Below are positions 18,705-28,762 of a stretch of DNA of 64,000 nt, in pieces. This DNA comes from Candidatus Multivorans sp. GTDB lineage: Bacteria > Acidobacteriota > Thermoanaerobaculia > Multivoradales > Multivoraceae. The position numbers and the translations under genes are program-made. Under the pieces are notes generated by a model that was given only the letters and a program-made list of their open reading frames with translations, did not search any database and was not told where the DNA came from. The stretch lies in contig OZ251997.1 of NCBI GenBank assembly GCA_965247095.1, positions 2,976,001-3,040,000 of the forward strand, given 5' to 3'. Each line of letters starts with the position of its first letter. Position 1 is the first letter of the stretch.

Positions 18705-19679
18705 GTGCTCGACGCGCTGACCGGGGCGGGTTGGGCGCCGGTCTCGTTCCAGCCTGTGGCCGGCGACGTCTCCGCCCGGCGATACGGCCGGCTGCGTCTT
18801 GCGTCGGGCGAGCAGCGGGTCGTCTGCAGCTATCCCGACGACATGAAGGATGTGGCAGCGCGCTTTGTGGACGCTACCGAGCTGCTGGCTTCGGTCGCTG
18901 TGCCGACACCTAGGGTGGACCTGTACTCACTCGAGCATCCGGTCTGGGTTCTCCTGGAGGATCTCGGCCAGCGAACTCTGTTTGAGCACTGGAAGGGAGC
19001 GGGCAGCGACGCCGGGGTGAACCTGGACCGGCGACTGGCGGAAGCCAGGGAACTCATCGGGCGGATACAGCTCCTGCCGGCGGACAAGGTTCGGGCCCTG
19101 GGCTCTCCGCCGCTCGACCGGGCCCTCTTGATGGCTGAACTCGACCAGACCTGGGAACGTTTCCTCGAACCGCGAGGTCTGGTTGCGGACCTGGAGCTGG
19201 CCGAGCAGGTCCGTGCCGTATGCGCTGCCATCTGCGAACGGCTCGACTCGGCAACGAGCGTGCCGTGTCACCGCGACTTCATGGCCCGGAACCTGATGCT
19301 GCGCGCGCCGGCCGCGGTTTCGCCGGGAGGCGCCGATGAATTAGTCGTGATCGACCACCAGGATCTGCGCATGGGGCCGCCGTGCTATGACCTGGCCTCG
19401 CTCCTGAATGACACGTTGACGCTCTCGATCCGCAAGCGGCAGGAGCACCTGTCGGCCGTCCGGGAAGACGCTGACCGGATCGCTCAGTACCACGCGGCGA
19501 CGGCCCAGCGCACGCTCAAGATCGCGGGCACCTTCGCGTACTTCGCGACCGTCGGCAGCGGCCGCTATCTGCAGTTGATTCCACCGGCCCTGCGGAGGTT
19601 CCTGGATGCCCTGGATGCTCTTCCCGAAGGCCGCGAGCTGGCGCCCTGGTTGCGCAGGGCCTGGGCGTCGGTCACCTAG
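18705..19679 (+). CDS. Aminoglycoside phosphotransferase family kinase (AmgK-like)
   Basis: AGDVSARRY, LLEDLG, CHRDFMARNLM, IDHQDLRMGP, YDLASLL; start uncertain. Confidence 0.85.
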   Translation: MLDALTGAGWAPVSFQPVAGDVSARRYGRLRLASGEQRVVCSYPDDMKDVAARFVDATELLASVAVPTPRVDLYSLEHPVWVLLEDLGQRTLFEHWKGAGSDAGVNLDRRLAEARELIGRIQLLPADKVRALGSPPLDRALLMAELDQTWERFLEPRGLVADLELAEQVRAVCAAICERLDSATSVPCHRDFMARNLMLRAPAAVSPGGADELVVIDHQDLRMGPPCYDLASLLNDTLTLSIRKRQEHLSAVREDADRIAQYHAATAQRTLKIAGTFAYFATVGSGRYLQLIPPALRRFLDALDALPEGRELAPWLRRAWASVT

Positions 19680-19766
19680 CGCGGCAGAACTCCCCGAGGC
19701 CGGCGCTTCGCGCCGGATGCCGGCGGGGACGCCGGCGCACCCGGTTTCTGCCGCGCAATCGCCTAG
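19676..19766 (+). repeat. CTAG-bounded element, two-hairpin copy (91 bp)
   Basis: Same ends as the 15908 copy (11-bp IR; right end GCCGCGCA-N5-CTAG). Confidence 0.9.
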
Positions 19767-19804
19767 CTGATAGTGTCGGTGGCCGACTTCGACAGGAGAA
19801 CGCT

Positions 19805-19975
19805 ATGCCGTCCCTTGGCATCCAAGAGCTACTCATCATCTTCGCCATCCTGATGGTCATCTTCGGTGGCAGCAAGCTGCCTCTCCTTGGCCGCGGCATG
19901 GGTCAGGGCATCCGGAACTTCAAGAAGGGCCTGCGCAGCGACGACTCCTCCGAACTGGAGGAAAAGCAGCCCTAG
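19805..19975 (+). CDS. tatA: Twin-arginine translocase TatA/E subunit (56 aa, missing from the ORF track)
   Basis: MPSLGIQELLIIFAILMVIFGGSKLPLLGRGMGQGIRNFKKG; RBS AGGAG. Confidence 0.93.
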   Translation: MPSLGIQELLIIFAILMVIFGGSKLPLLGRGMGQGIRNFKKGLRSDDSSELEEKQP

Positions 19976-20727
19976 CCGCCGGCGAGGACGGCGAAGTCGA
20001 GGCCGTGCGGATTGACGGCTACCCACGCCGCCCGGTGGTGCTCGACGTAGAGGCGGAGCACGCTGTCCGTGAAGTTGCGGGTTTCGCGAAACGGCGGCAT
20101 GCCGTTGAAGCGATCGACCTTGCCGGGTCCAGCGTTGTACGCCGCGAGCGCCAGCACCAGATCGCCGTCGAAACGGCGCAACAGGGAGGCCAGATAGCTC
20201 GCCCCGGCATCCAGGTTCTGGCTGGGGTCGTAGACGTTGGCGACGCCGAACTGCTCGGCGGTTGCCGGCATCATCTGCATCAGGCCGAGAGCACCTTCGG
20301 GTGAAACGGCCAGCGTGTCGAAGGCGGACTCGGTCTGCGCCACGGCCGCCACCAGCAGCGGGTCGATCTCACGCCGCTCGGCGACGGCGGCAATCTGGGC
20401 GCCAAAGGGCACGCGCTGCAAGAGGTCCCGAACCGCGTTCCCGTCGGCGGCGCCGATGAAGAGCGCGAAGCTCTCCCCTTGCGACCGAATCGTCTCGTAC
20501 AGCGGGCGGCTATCCAGGGATGTACGGGCGGTGGTCGCACCCGATGCCGGGTCGAGCCAGGCCTGAATCTCCTCGAACAGAGCGACATCCGCGACATGCG
20601 GTGGCGCCGGTAGCGAGTCCGGCTGCCGCCCGGGCGCCGTGTCCCGCACCGAGACGGCCAAAATGGCGGCGGCGGCCACAACGACGGCCAGAGCCTTCTT
20701 GCGAGTGCTGGTGTTCGAGATGTACAT
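19972..20727 (-). CDS. Lytic transglycosylase (SLT domain)
   Basis: QTESAF, GALGLMQMMP, ALAAYNAG, PPFRETR; N-terminal TM segment. Confidence 0.9.
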   Translation of the reverse strand: MYISNTSTRKKALAVVVAAAAILAVSVRDTAPGRQPDSLPAPPHVADVALFEEIQAWLDPASGATTARTSLDSRPLYETIRSQGESFALFIGAADGNAVRDLLQRVPFGAQIAAVAERREIDPLLVAAVAQTESAFDTLAVSPEGALGLMQMMPATAEQFGVANVYDPSQNLDAGASYLASLLRRFDGDLVLALAAYNAGPGKVDRFNGMPPFRETRNFTDSVLRLYVEHHRAAWVAVNPHGLDFAVLAGG

Positions 20728-20943
20728 GAGAAGAGTGGAGTCGAGGGTCCTGGCCGCTGAGGCCCAGGTGGCCGCTGTAAGGACGGTCGCTTTCGGCGTT
20801 GCACGATCCGGCCGGTATCGACGGCGCGGCTTCGTGCCTGGAGGCGTTCGCCGACCGTGGGAGGGAACGCCTGACTGCGCTTGGCAGCAAGCTCTATGCC
20901 AACCTGGTTCCTCGTTTCCCAGCCGACCATCTGGGGCGGAGTT

Positions 20944-21237
20944 CTATTTCGATTGGATCCTCTTGCTGGATGTACGGTATTCGGCCGACTGGATGCCAAG
21001 TGCGTCGACCTTGGTGCGCAGTGTGTTGCGGTGGATGCCGAGGTTCTTTGCGGAGCGGTTGAGGTTGCCTTGGTTGAGTCGTAGCGAAGCGAGGATGAAC
21101 TGCCGTTCGAAGATCCGGCGGGCTTGAGCCAGGGTGACGCCCCGGTTGACCAGATGCCTGACGAGGTGGTCAAGCCGCTCGTTGAGATCCTTCGTCGCGT
21201 CCTCGGGAACGCGGTCGTCTGCACTGATCTGCTTCAA
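20944..21237 (-). CDS. Stand-alone Fis-type HTH protein
   Basis: FERQFI...GNLNRSAKNLGIHRNTLRTK. Confidence 0.85.
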   Translation of the reverse strand: MKQISADDRVPEDATKDLNERLDHLVRHLVNRGVTLAQARRIFERQFILASLRLNQGNLNRSAKNLGIHRNTLRTKVDALGIQSAEYRTSSKRIQSK

Positions 21238-21261
21238 GGCGAGTCGCGTGCCGAAACAGCG

Positions 21262-21286
21262 ATTCTAGCACAAATGGGGGGGGGGG
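21262..21286 (-). promoter_or_regulatory. Extended -10 (TG-C-TAGAAT) with adjacent C11 tract upstream of the fis-like gene
   Basis: Plus strand ATTCTAGCA at 21262-21270 and G11 at 21276-21286. Confidence 0.55.
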
Positions 21287-21333
21287 ATCTGGGCGGTTCA
21301 GGAGGCCGCGTTGCTGAACGCCGTGCGGCTCAG

Positions 21334-22236
21334 TCAGCCTTCTTCTTGTTGCAGCCGCGACAGCGACTCTGTGGCCAGACGGGCGGCTTCGGAGTTCGGG
21401 AAGCGTCTCGAGACTTCCCTGAAGCGGCGCTTGGCGCCCTCCGTGTCGCCGAGCCGCTCCAACGTTCGGCCTACCTTGACCAGGGCGTCGGGAACCTTGT
21501 TTCCGAGCGGGTACTCGTGGAGCATGGTCTGGAATGCGGCCATGGCGCCGCGGTCGTCGCCCCGGGCGAACCGGCATTCGCCGATCCAGTAGAGGGCGTT
21601 GTCCGACAGATCGGTGTCCGGAAAGTCGTCGAGGAAGCGCTGGAACCCCAGTTCAGCTTCCACGTAGTCGCGGTTCAGGTACTTGTCGCGAGAGCGGTCG
21701 TAGAGTTCCTGGCCCGTCTCCGCGACGGTCGCCGAGGCGCTGGCTTCGTCTCCGGCGGCGCTTGCGCCCGGTTCGGCCCTGGGTTCAGCCGCGGCGTCCG
21801 ACTCGACCGGCGGCGCATCCCTGGGCGCATCGTCGAGTTCCGTCACCTCGAGTACCTGCACCCGCGCCGGCGTCGGCGGTTCGAAGGGGACGGGTGGGGG
21901 AGGCGCGGTTGCCGCAGCCCTGACCTCCTCCAGCGCGCTCTCGAGTTCCGCGATGCGCTCACGCAGCAGGGAGCTCTCCGATCCGCTCTCCGTGATCTGC
22001 TGTTCGAGTTGACGCATCCTCTCTTCGAGTTGCTCGAGTTCCGCCCGCACGCCCTCATTCGGCGTCGTCAGCCGGTTCATGAACTCGCGCGGACTGTCGG
22101 TCGAGGCGCAGCCGATACCGAAGCCGGCGATGACCAGGAGCACGGGCGCGCCTGTTCGTATCGCTTGGCGCCCGGAAAGCCGGAGGCGCCGCGCCGAACC
22201 GTCAGCCTTCTTTGCTCTCTTCGACTGGTCGACCAT
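21334..22236 (-). CDS. cpoB: Tol-Pal associated CpoB/YbgF-like protein
   Basis: Lipobox-like GIGC, coiled coil, TPRs with DNALYWIGEC and NKVPDAL; start uncertain. Confidence 0.8.
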   Translation of the reverse strand: MVDQSKRAKKADGSARRLRLSGRQAIRTGAPVLLVIAGFGIGCASTDSPREFMNRLTTPNEGVRAELEQLEERMRQLEQQITESGSESSLLRERIAELESALEEVRAAATAPPPPVPFEPPTPARVQVLEVTELDDAPRDAPPVESDAAAEPRAEPGASAAGDEASASATVAETGQELYDRSRDKYLNRDYVEAELGFQRFLDDFPDTDLSDNALYWIGECRFARGDDRGAMAAFQTMLHEYPLGNKVPDALVKVGRTLERLGDTEGAKRRFREVSRRFPNSEAARLATESLSRLQQEEG

Positions 22237-23080
22237 CGTCACTCCGGCGGGGCGGGAACTTCGGGGCCTCCGGAACCTTGCTTCGAAGCGTGCGGAGCTT
22301 CTCCTCCGAAGGCACCTTCTTGAGCCACTTGCTTCCCGGGTGCTCGGTGTGCAGCCGGTCGCAGGCATCACGCAGGTAGTCGTAGGTGTCGAGCCCCCGT
22401 TGGCTCGGGATCTGCTTGAGCACCCGGACGTAGGTCAGGCACATGTAGGCCAAGACCTTGTCCGGTTCCGGGTACTCCGGATAGGCCTCGAGCATGTCCT
22501 TGAAGCGGTTGCCGGCGGCGCTGGGAGTGCGGTAGCGGAAGTAGAAGGAGCCGACGACGAACTCGTGCTCCGCCAGTTGGTTCCGCACCTCGACGATCTT
22601 CTGGGCGGCCTGGCCGGCGTGTTGGCTGGTCGGGTAGAGCCGGCGGACGTTCTCGAACTCGGTCAGCGCCTGACGGGCGGTCTGCTGGTCGCGGTCCGGT
22701 TTCTCGATCCGCTCGGCGAGCGCGTCGGCCAGACGGAACTGGGCGTAGGCGGCGCGCTCGGAGGTGGGAAACCGGTTCAGGAAGTCGCGATAGCGCTGCT
22801 CCGCTTCCACGTAGGACTGGTAGCCGCCGCGCAGGAACAGTGCGTCCGCGGCCAGCAGCAGACCCTCCCGACCGGTCTCCGAGTTCGGTTCGACCTCGAA
22901 GGCGTGGACGAGGTGCTGGAGCGCCTGGGTGAACTTCTCGTCCTCCAGGAGCTGCTTTCCGATTTCGAGCGCCTCGGAGGACGACAGCCGGAGGATCGGA
23001 TCGTCCTTGACGCCTCCGCACGCGACCACCAGAGTGAGCGCCGTCACAGCCAGCGCCGCTTTTGTGGCCGGCCGCTTCAT
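22202..23080 (-). CDS. bamD: Outer membrane protein assembly lipoprotein BamD
   Basis: Lipobox VVAC; FLNRFPTS, DRDQ, LAEHEFVVGSFY. Confidence 0.88.
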   Translation of the reverse strand: MKRPATKAALAVTALTLVVACGGVKDDPILRLSSSEALEIGKQLLEDEKFTQALQHLVHAFEVEPNSETGREGLLLAADALFLRGGYQSYVEAEQRYRDFLNRFPTSERAAYAQFRLADALAERIEKPDRDQQTARQALTEFENVRRLYPTSQHAGQAAQKIVEVRNQLAEHEFVVGSFYFRYRTPSAAGNRFKDMLEAYPEYPEPDKVLAYMCLTYVRVLKQIPSQRGLDTYDYLRDACDRLHTEHPGSKWLKKVPSEEKLRTLRSKVPEAPKFPPRRSDDGRPVEESKEG

Positions 23081-23730
23081 TCGTTCGCCTGCCGGCGCAG
23101 AGCCAAAAGCGCCTCGACCGGGCGCTCCGCGGCGAAGACGCCGGAGCCCACGACCGCCACGTCGACGCCGGCCGCCGCGACCTCGTCGAGGTTGCCCGGC
23201 TTGATTCCGCCGTCCATCTCGATACTGGTCGCGAGCCCACGGGCTTCGATCGTGGCGCCGAGCTGGCGCGCCTTGTCCAGTACGTCCGGCTGGAACGCCT
23301 GACCGGCGAATCCTGGCTGGACGGACATCAGAACCACGTAGTCCAGGTGCTCCACGTACGGCAGGAGCTCGTCCGGCGCCGTCCCCGGGTTGATTGCCAC
23401 GCCGGCGCCGACGCCCCGGCCGCGAATGTGCGCCGCCAGGCGGGCCGGCTCCGACGTCGCCTCATGGTGGAACGACACCCAGACCGGCTCACTGTCGAGG
23501 TAGCGGTCCATGAGTGCCTCCGGATTCGAGACCATCAGATGGATGTCGAAGCCCACCCGGCTGCGTTTCGCGAGGTCGGCGATCACCGGCGGACCGAAGG
23601 TGAGGTTGGGCACGAAGTGACCGTCCATCACGTCGACATGGATCAACTGCGCGCCGCCGTCCTCGCAGTACTTCACGGCGGAGGCGAGGTCGGCGAGGTC
23701 CGCCGCCAGGATCGAAGGCGCGATCTTCAT
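23077..23730 (-). CDS. rpe: Ribulose-phosphate 3-epimerase
   Basis: IAPSILAAD, HVDVMDGHFVPN, MSVQPGFAGQ, DGGI. Confidence 0.96.
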   Translation of the reverse strand: MKIAPSILAADLADLASAVKYCEDGGAQLIHVDVMDGHFVPNLTFGPPVIADLAKRSRVGFDIHLMVSNPEALMDRYLDSEPVWVSFHHEATSEPARLAAHIRGRGVGAGVAINPGTAPDELLPYVEHLDYVVLMSVQPGFAGQAFQPDVLDKARQLGATIEARGLATSIEMDGGIKPGNLDEVAAAGVDVAVVGSGVFAAERPVEALLALRRQANE

Positions 23731-23761
23731 CGTTCGGGTTCTCTGGGCGAACTGGGCGGTA

Positions 23762-24571
23762 TCAACGACTTTCCTGCGCGGCGACGACCAGGGCGATCGA
23801 ATCGCTTTGTCGCAGGGGATGGCCCGGAAGTGGAAACTGTCGCAGGATGATCCCGGCTTCGACGCCTTCGTAAGGCTCGTACTTTACCCTTCCGAGCCGG
23901 AATCCGCGCGTCTCGAAGTAAGTGCGGACGGGCGCTTCGGGCAGATCGATCAGATCCGGCATGACGAACGCCGCGCCCGGGTTGGCCAGGCTGACCATGA
24001 CGTCCACTTGGGAAGACGGCGCCACCCGGGCGCCGGGCGGTGGACTCTGACGGATGACCGTTCCTGGTGCGCCGAACTCGGCGTACACGCTCCGGCTCCT
24101 GCCGAACTGCAGGCCGGAGGCCGCGAGACTGACCTGAACCGTCTGCAGGACCTGACCGGTCAGATCCGGAGTCTCGACGAGTTGACGTCCCCGTGACAGG
24201 TGGATGACCACGTCGCTGTCCTGCTTGACGGCGCTGCCGGCCGGCGGCTCGTGCCGGAGCACATAGCCCGCGGGGACGGCCTCGTCGTAGCGGTCCTCTT
24301 CGACTCGCCGCACTGTCAGACCAGCGACGGCGAGAGTGGTCTCGGCATGATCCACATCCAGGCCGACCAGGTCGGGCACCGCGATCACGCCGCTGCGGAC
24401 GAAGTTGGAGAGGGCCAGATAGGACGAGACGCCGAGCAGCGCGGTGAGCAGGCCGGCGTACAACCCGCCCACGATGAGGCGCTTCAGCCAGCGCTTGCGC
24501 AGCGTGTTCATCGCGAACCGCGCGACCTTCCGTGCTGGCGCGGGGAAGGTCAGTTTCCGTTTGGCGGTCAT
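23762..24571 (-). CDS. Membrane-anchored protein with three PASTA domains
   Basis: TM followed by VPDLVG, TPDLTG and MPDLID repeats; start uncertain. Confidence 0.85.
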   Translation of the reverse strand: MTAKRKLTFPAPARKVARFAMNTLRKRWLKRLIVGGLYAGLLTALLGVSSYLALSNFVRSGVIAVPDLVGLDVDHAETTLAVAGLTVRRVEEDRYDEAVPAGYVLRHEPPAGSAVKQDSDVVIHLSRGRQLVETPDLTGQVLQTVQVSLAASGLQFGRSRSVYAEFGAPGTVIRQSPPPGARVAPSSQVDVMVSLANPGAAFVMPDLIDLPEAPVRTYFETRGFRLGRVKYEPYEGVEAGIILRQFPLPGHPLRQSDSIALVVAAQESR

Positions 24572-24594
24572 CGCGTTCAACGCCCCCAACGCCC

Positions 24595-25905
24595 TCAGCG
24601 CCCCAGGGCGGGCAGATTCTTCACCAGGTCGAAGTAGAGCGCGAACATCATGATTCCGACGATTACGACGAGGCCGAACTGGGTCACCAGATTCTTGAAC
24701 CGGATGGACAGATCGCGCCGCAGAACGCTCTCGAACAGCAGGATGACGAGCTGGCCGCCATCCAGGACCGGGATCGGCAGCAGGTTGAGAATGCAGATGT
24801 TGAGGCTGATCAGGGCGGTCAGGAAGACGAGATCGCTGAAGCTCCGCCGGGCCGCCTGACCGCTGATCCTGGCGATCTCGATGGGTCCGGCGAGGGCGCT
24901 CTGGGGCGAGACGCGACGCTCGGCCAGCCTGCCAAGGAAGCCGAAGATTTCGGCCGCGGTCTCCCAGTTGATCCGTACGCTCTCGATGAGGGCAGAGGCG
25001 GGGCCGGCGCGCCGGTACGAGAAGTGGCTGATCGCGATGCCGGCGCGGCCGACACCGCCTTCATCTGCCGGCACCAATCGGACCACGAGGCGCTCATCGC
25101 CGCGGCCGATCTCGACGCTCACCTCTTCGCCTGCGCGCGGTTCCACCAGCCGGCGGAAGTCGTCGGCGTCGGCGATGGGGTGACCGTCCACTGCGTAGAG
25201 CGTGTCGCCGTACCGGATGCCCGCCTGCTCGGCAGGTGTGCCTTCAAACACCTGGCGAACGCGCGGCAGCAGGCTGGCGTACATGCCAGCGTCTCCCAGT
25301 TCGTGGCGGGGAATCCGGCGTGGTACGAGCACCGTGCTCCGCGTCCTGCCGTCGCGTTCGAAGTCGACCGCGAGACGCCGTTCCGGTGAAGTGAGAACGA
25401 TGCTCGCGACCTCGCGCCAGTCGGACACGTCCTCGTCGTCCAGCCGCAGGATGGTGTCGCCGGCTTGCAGGCCGGCCTCGGAGGCGGCGGAGTCGGGCGC
25501 CACGGCGCCGATCTCGGTGCTCAGGTCGCGCGGCCCCGCCAGCTCGGTGCCGGCCACCAGCACGGCGGCGATCAGGACGATCGAGAGCACGACGTTGGCG
25601 GCGGGGCCAGCCAGGAGGACGACCATTCGCTGCCACCGGGGCTTGGTGATGAAGTCGCCTGCATCGCCCGTCGGATTCGAGGGGTCGATGCCTGAGAAGG
25701 CGACGTAGCCGCCCAACGGCACCATCGCCAGCCGGTACTCCGTGCCGCCGCGCTCGAATCCCCAGAGCCGTCGGCCGAAGCCGATCGAGAACACCCGGAC
25801 TTTGATCCGAAACAGCCGCGCCGCCAGGAAGTGACCCAGTTCGTGAACGAAGATGATCACGCCGATCACGACCAGCAGGGCCAGGATGTTGCTCAGGATG
25901 TTCAT
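24595..25905 (-). CDS. rseP: RIP metalloprotease RseP (two PDZ domains)
   Basis: HELGH, PLGGYV, AGPAAN, NLLPIPVLDGG. Confidence 0.95.
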   Translation of the reverse strand: MNILSNILALLVVIGVIIFVHELGHFLAARLFRIKVRVFSIGFGRRLWGFERGGTEYRLAMVPLGGYVAFSGIDPSNPTGDAGDFITKPRWQRMVVLLAGPAANVVLSIVLIAAVLVAGTELAGPRDLSTEIGAVAPDSAASEAGLQAGDTILRLDDEDVSDWREVASIVLTSPERRLAVDFERDGRTRSTVLVPRRIPRHELGDAGMYASLLPRVRQVFEGTPAEQAGIRYGDTLYAVDGHPIADADDFRRLVEPRAGEEVSVEIGRGDERLVVRLVPADEGGVGRAGIAISHFSYRRAGPASALIESVRINWETAAEIFGFLGRLAERRVSPQSALAGPIEIARISGQAARRSFSDLVFLTALISLNICILNLLPIPVLDGGQLVILLFESVLRRDLSIRFKNLVTQFGLVVIVGIMMFALYFDLVKNLPALGR

Positions 25906-25941
25906 CGCGCGAGGGGGCGCCGGCGCGGGCGCCCGCCGATG

Positions 25942-27138
25942 CTAACCGCCGAAACGCGCCAGGACTTCCCGGGCGTGGCGACGACCCCACGAATCCCAGG
26001 CCAGGGCTTCCTCGATGCTCTCCGGCTCGCCGTCGCCTGCCTGCCTGCCGTGGCGTTCGAGCACTCCGGCCACCACCGGCACGATCGCGGTGAAGGGGGC
26101 TCTGCGGCTGAGAAACGCGTCGACCCCGATCTCGTTCGCCGCGTTCAGCACCGCCGGCGCGCCGCCGCTCTGGGCCAGGGCATCGCGGGCCAGCGACGGC
26201 GCGGGGAAGAGCGCCGGATCGACTCGCCGGAACTCCAGACTCGAGGTCGCCAGCAGCAGGTCACTCAGATTGCCCGACGCCTCACCGCCGGACCGCGGCC
26301 AGCGTTCGGGATACGAGAGCGCGTACTGGATGGGGTACTGCATGTCGTTGGGCGAAATCTGTGCGATCCCGTTGCCACAGCAAAACTCGACGATCGAGTG
26401 AACGAGGGACTGCGGGTGGATCACGATGTCGATCCGTGAGCCGGCCACGTCGAACAGGTAGCTCGCTTCGATCAACTCCAGGCCCTTGTTCATCAGGGTC
26501 GCGGAATCGACGCTGATCTTGGCGCCCATGTCCCAGGTCGGATGTGCGGTCGCCTCGGCGGGCGTCACCGTCTCCAGGGTGGTGGGATCGCGGTCGAGGA
26601 ACGGACCGCCCGAAGCGGTCAGCACAAGGCGGCGAACTTCGTGGGGGTGGCCCGCCCGCAGCGCCTGGTGGATCGCGGCGTGCTCGCTGTCGATCGGCAG
26701 AATGGACGCGCCCGAGGCGGCCGCCAGCCGGCGCAGCACGGGGCCGGCCGCAACCATCGCCTCCTTGTTGGCGAGCGCCAGATCGGCGCCGGCTGCAAGC
26801 GCCGCTGCTGCGGGCCTGAGGCCGGCCGCGCCGACGATCGCCGTCACCACCAAGTCGATCTTGCCGGAACCGACCGTGTCCAGCAGCGCTTCTTCGCCGC
26901 TTGCCAGGCTGGTTCCTGCCGGCAGTTCGCCGCGGAGCGCGGCCGCCGCGTCGGCGCCGGCCACGACGACGCGATCGGGCCCGAACTCACGTGCCAATTC
27001 GACCAGACGCGCCGGTCGAGTTCCCTGCGCCGCGAGCACCGAGACCCGCAACCGGTCCGGGTGGCTGCGGGCCACGGCCAGGGTGGCTTCGCCGATCGAG
27101 CCGGTGGCCCCGAGTACGGCGACGCTGCGTCGGTTCAA
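25942..27138 (-). CDS. dxr: 1-deoxy-D-xylulose-5-phosphate reductoisomerase
   Basis: LGATGSIG, LANKE, PIDSEH, TASGGPF, KISVDSATLMNKGLE. Confidence 0.96.
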   Translation of the reverse strand: MNRRSVAVLGATGSIGEATLAVARSHPDRLRVSVLAAQGTRPARLVELAREFGPDRVVVAGADAAAALRGELPAGTSLASGEEALLDTVGSGKIDLVVTAIVGAAGLRPAAAALAAGADLALANKEAMVAAGPVLRRLAAASGASILPIDSEHAAIHQALRAGHPHEVRRLVLTASGGPFLDRDPTTLETVTPAEATAHPTWDMGAKISVDSATLMNKGLELIEASYLFDVAGSRIDIVIHPQSLVHSIVEFCCGNGIAQISPNDMQYPIQYALSYPERWPRSGGEASGNLSDLLLATSSLEFRRVDPALFPAPSLARDALAQSGGAPAVLNAANEIGVDAFLSRRAPFTAIVPVVAGVLERHGRQAGDGEPESIEEALAWDSWGRRHAREVLARFGG

Positions 27139-28010
27139 GGCAGGGCTCCGGCCGCGCCGGTCACGGAAAGCACCGAGACAGCCGGCCCGAAGGCGCCGAT
27201 GTCGACAGCGAGGTACATCAGCGGCGTCGCCAGCATCACGCTGTCCAGCCGGTCGAGGAGGCCGCCGTGCCCGGGTAGCAGGTGGCTGGTGTCCTTAGCC
27301 TGGGCCGCGCGCTTCAGCAGGGACGCCACCAGGTCTCCGGCCTGACCCGCGCCGCCGCAGACAAGCGTCACAAACGGAACCCCCAGCTCGAAATCGTCCG
27401 GGCCGAGCCAGAGCAGGAACACCGCGACGCCGACGCCTGTGCTCGCGGCCAGGCCGCTCACGGCGCCCGCGATCGTCTTCTTCGGACTGATGGTGGGGGC
27501 CAGGGGCCGGCGACCGAACATCCGCCCACCGTAGTAGGCGCCGATGTCGCCCAGCGCGGCGACGGCCAGAACCCAGAGCAGAAGCACGGGATCGAGGCGG
27601 TGAAGGTGGATCGCGGCGACGAGGAACAACCCCAGCCAGAGCGCCCCGAAGGAGAACAGCGCCGAGGCTGCCAGCCGGTCGCGCACCTCGGCGCGGCCGC
27701 CCAGCCCGACCGCCACCGCCATGGCGAGAACGACCGTTGCCGCCGCGAACCAGAGGTCGAGGCCGGTGAGCCGGGGCAGGGGGACGATCTGGTTGTGGAC
27801 GGCGCCGGTAAACGCCAGGAGGGCCACGGCCAACCACAGCGCCAGGCGAAACTTCGGCGAGACGACGATCCGCTGCACCAGGGCGGCGTACTCCGCGGCC
27901 GCCAGCAGGACCACCGCGGTGGCGACCGCCACGAAGAACAGGGGCTTCAGGTACAGGACGATGGCTGTCGCCAGCGCTGCGGTCACGATCCCCGTGACAA
28001 CGCGTTTCAT
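27135..28010 (-). CDS. cdsA: Phosphatidate cytidylyltransferase
   Basis: DIGAYY.G, ISPKKT, GDLVASLLKR, KD...LPGHGGLLDRLDS; start at MKRVVTG. Confidence 0.93.
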   Translation of the reverse strand: MKRVVTGIVTAALATAIVLYLKPLFFVAVATAVVLLAAAEYAALVQRIVVSPKFRLALWLAVALLAFTGAVHNQIVPLPRLTGLDLWFAAATVVLAMAVAVGLGGRAEVRDRLAASALFSFGALWLGLFLVAAIHLHRLDPVLLLWVLAVAALGDIGAYYGGRMFGRRPLAPTISPKKTIAGAVSGLAASTGVGVAVFLLWLGPDDFELGVPFVTLVCGGAGQAGDLVASLLKRAAQAKDTSHLLPGHGGLLDRLDSVMLATPLMYLAVDIGAFGPAVSVLSVTGAAGALP

Positions 28011-28762
28011 TGCCGCCGACTGTATTCCACCCGCTCCAGGCAAAGTCCGCGCGCGGGGGCGTTCGGTCCGGCGGCGGAGCGGCAGTCGCCTTCGAGCAGT
28101 GAGGCGAGATCGTCGAGCGACCGGCGACCGCGACCGACTTCGAGCGTGGTGCCGACGAGGGCGCGGACCATGCCGCGCAGAAACCCGTCGCCGGCGACGC
28201 AGAAGCTCACTTCGTCCCCGGCTTCGGTCCACGCGGCCTGGTGAATCGTCCGCTCCGGCCGGCTGTGGCTGCCGCCCGACTTGGCGAAGGCCGAAAAGTC
28301 GTGCCGTCCCAGGAGCAGCGAGGCGGCGGTCTTCATCGCCTCGAGGTCGAATCCGGCCGGCGCCGGGACGACGAAGGGCGCCCGGAACGGGTCGATCACC
28401 TGGGCGCGGCTGAGCCGGTAGCGGTAGACCTTGAAGGCAGCGCTCTTGCGGGCGTGGAAGGTGTCGTCCACCGGGTCGGCGTCCAGCACCCGGATCGCCG
28501 CCGGCAGATGACGGTTGGCGCCGTGGACCAGGGCACGGCGCGTCTCCTCGAGCGCCGACTTTGCCGCTACAGTCAGGTGAGCCGTCTGGCCGCGGGCGTG
28601 GACGCCGGCATCCGTGCGGCCGGCGCCGTGCACCCTCACGCTTCGGCCGAGGATCCGGGCCAGGGCTTCCTCGACGACCTGCTGGATGCCGAGCGCATTG
28701 TCCTGGCGCTGCCAGCCGGCGTAGTCCGTGCCGACATAGGCGATCCGCAGGCGGTACTTCAC
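28007..28762 (-). CDS. truA: tRNA pseudouridine(38-40) synthase
   Basis: GWQRQ, AGRTDAGVHA, GRHDFSAF, GFLRGMVR. Confidence 0.95.
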   Translation of the reverse strand: MKYRLRIAYVGTDYAGWQRQDNALGIQQVVEEALARILGRSVRVHGAGRTDAGVHARGQTAHLTVAAKSALEETRRALVHGANRHLPAAIRVLDADPVDDTFHARKSAAFKVYRYRLSRAQVIDPFRAPFVVPAPAGFDLEAMKTAASLLLGRHDFSAFAKSGGSHSRPERTIHQAAWTEAGDEVSFCVAGDGFLRGMVRALVGTTLEVGRGRRSLDDLASLLEGDCRSAAGPNAPARGLCLERVEYSRRQ

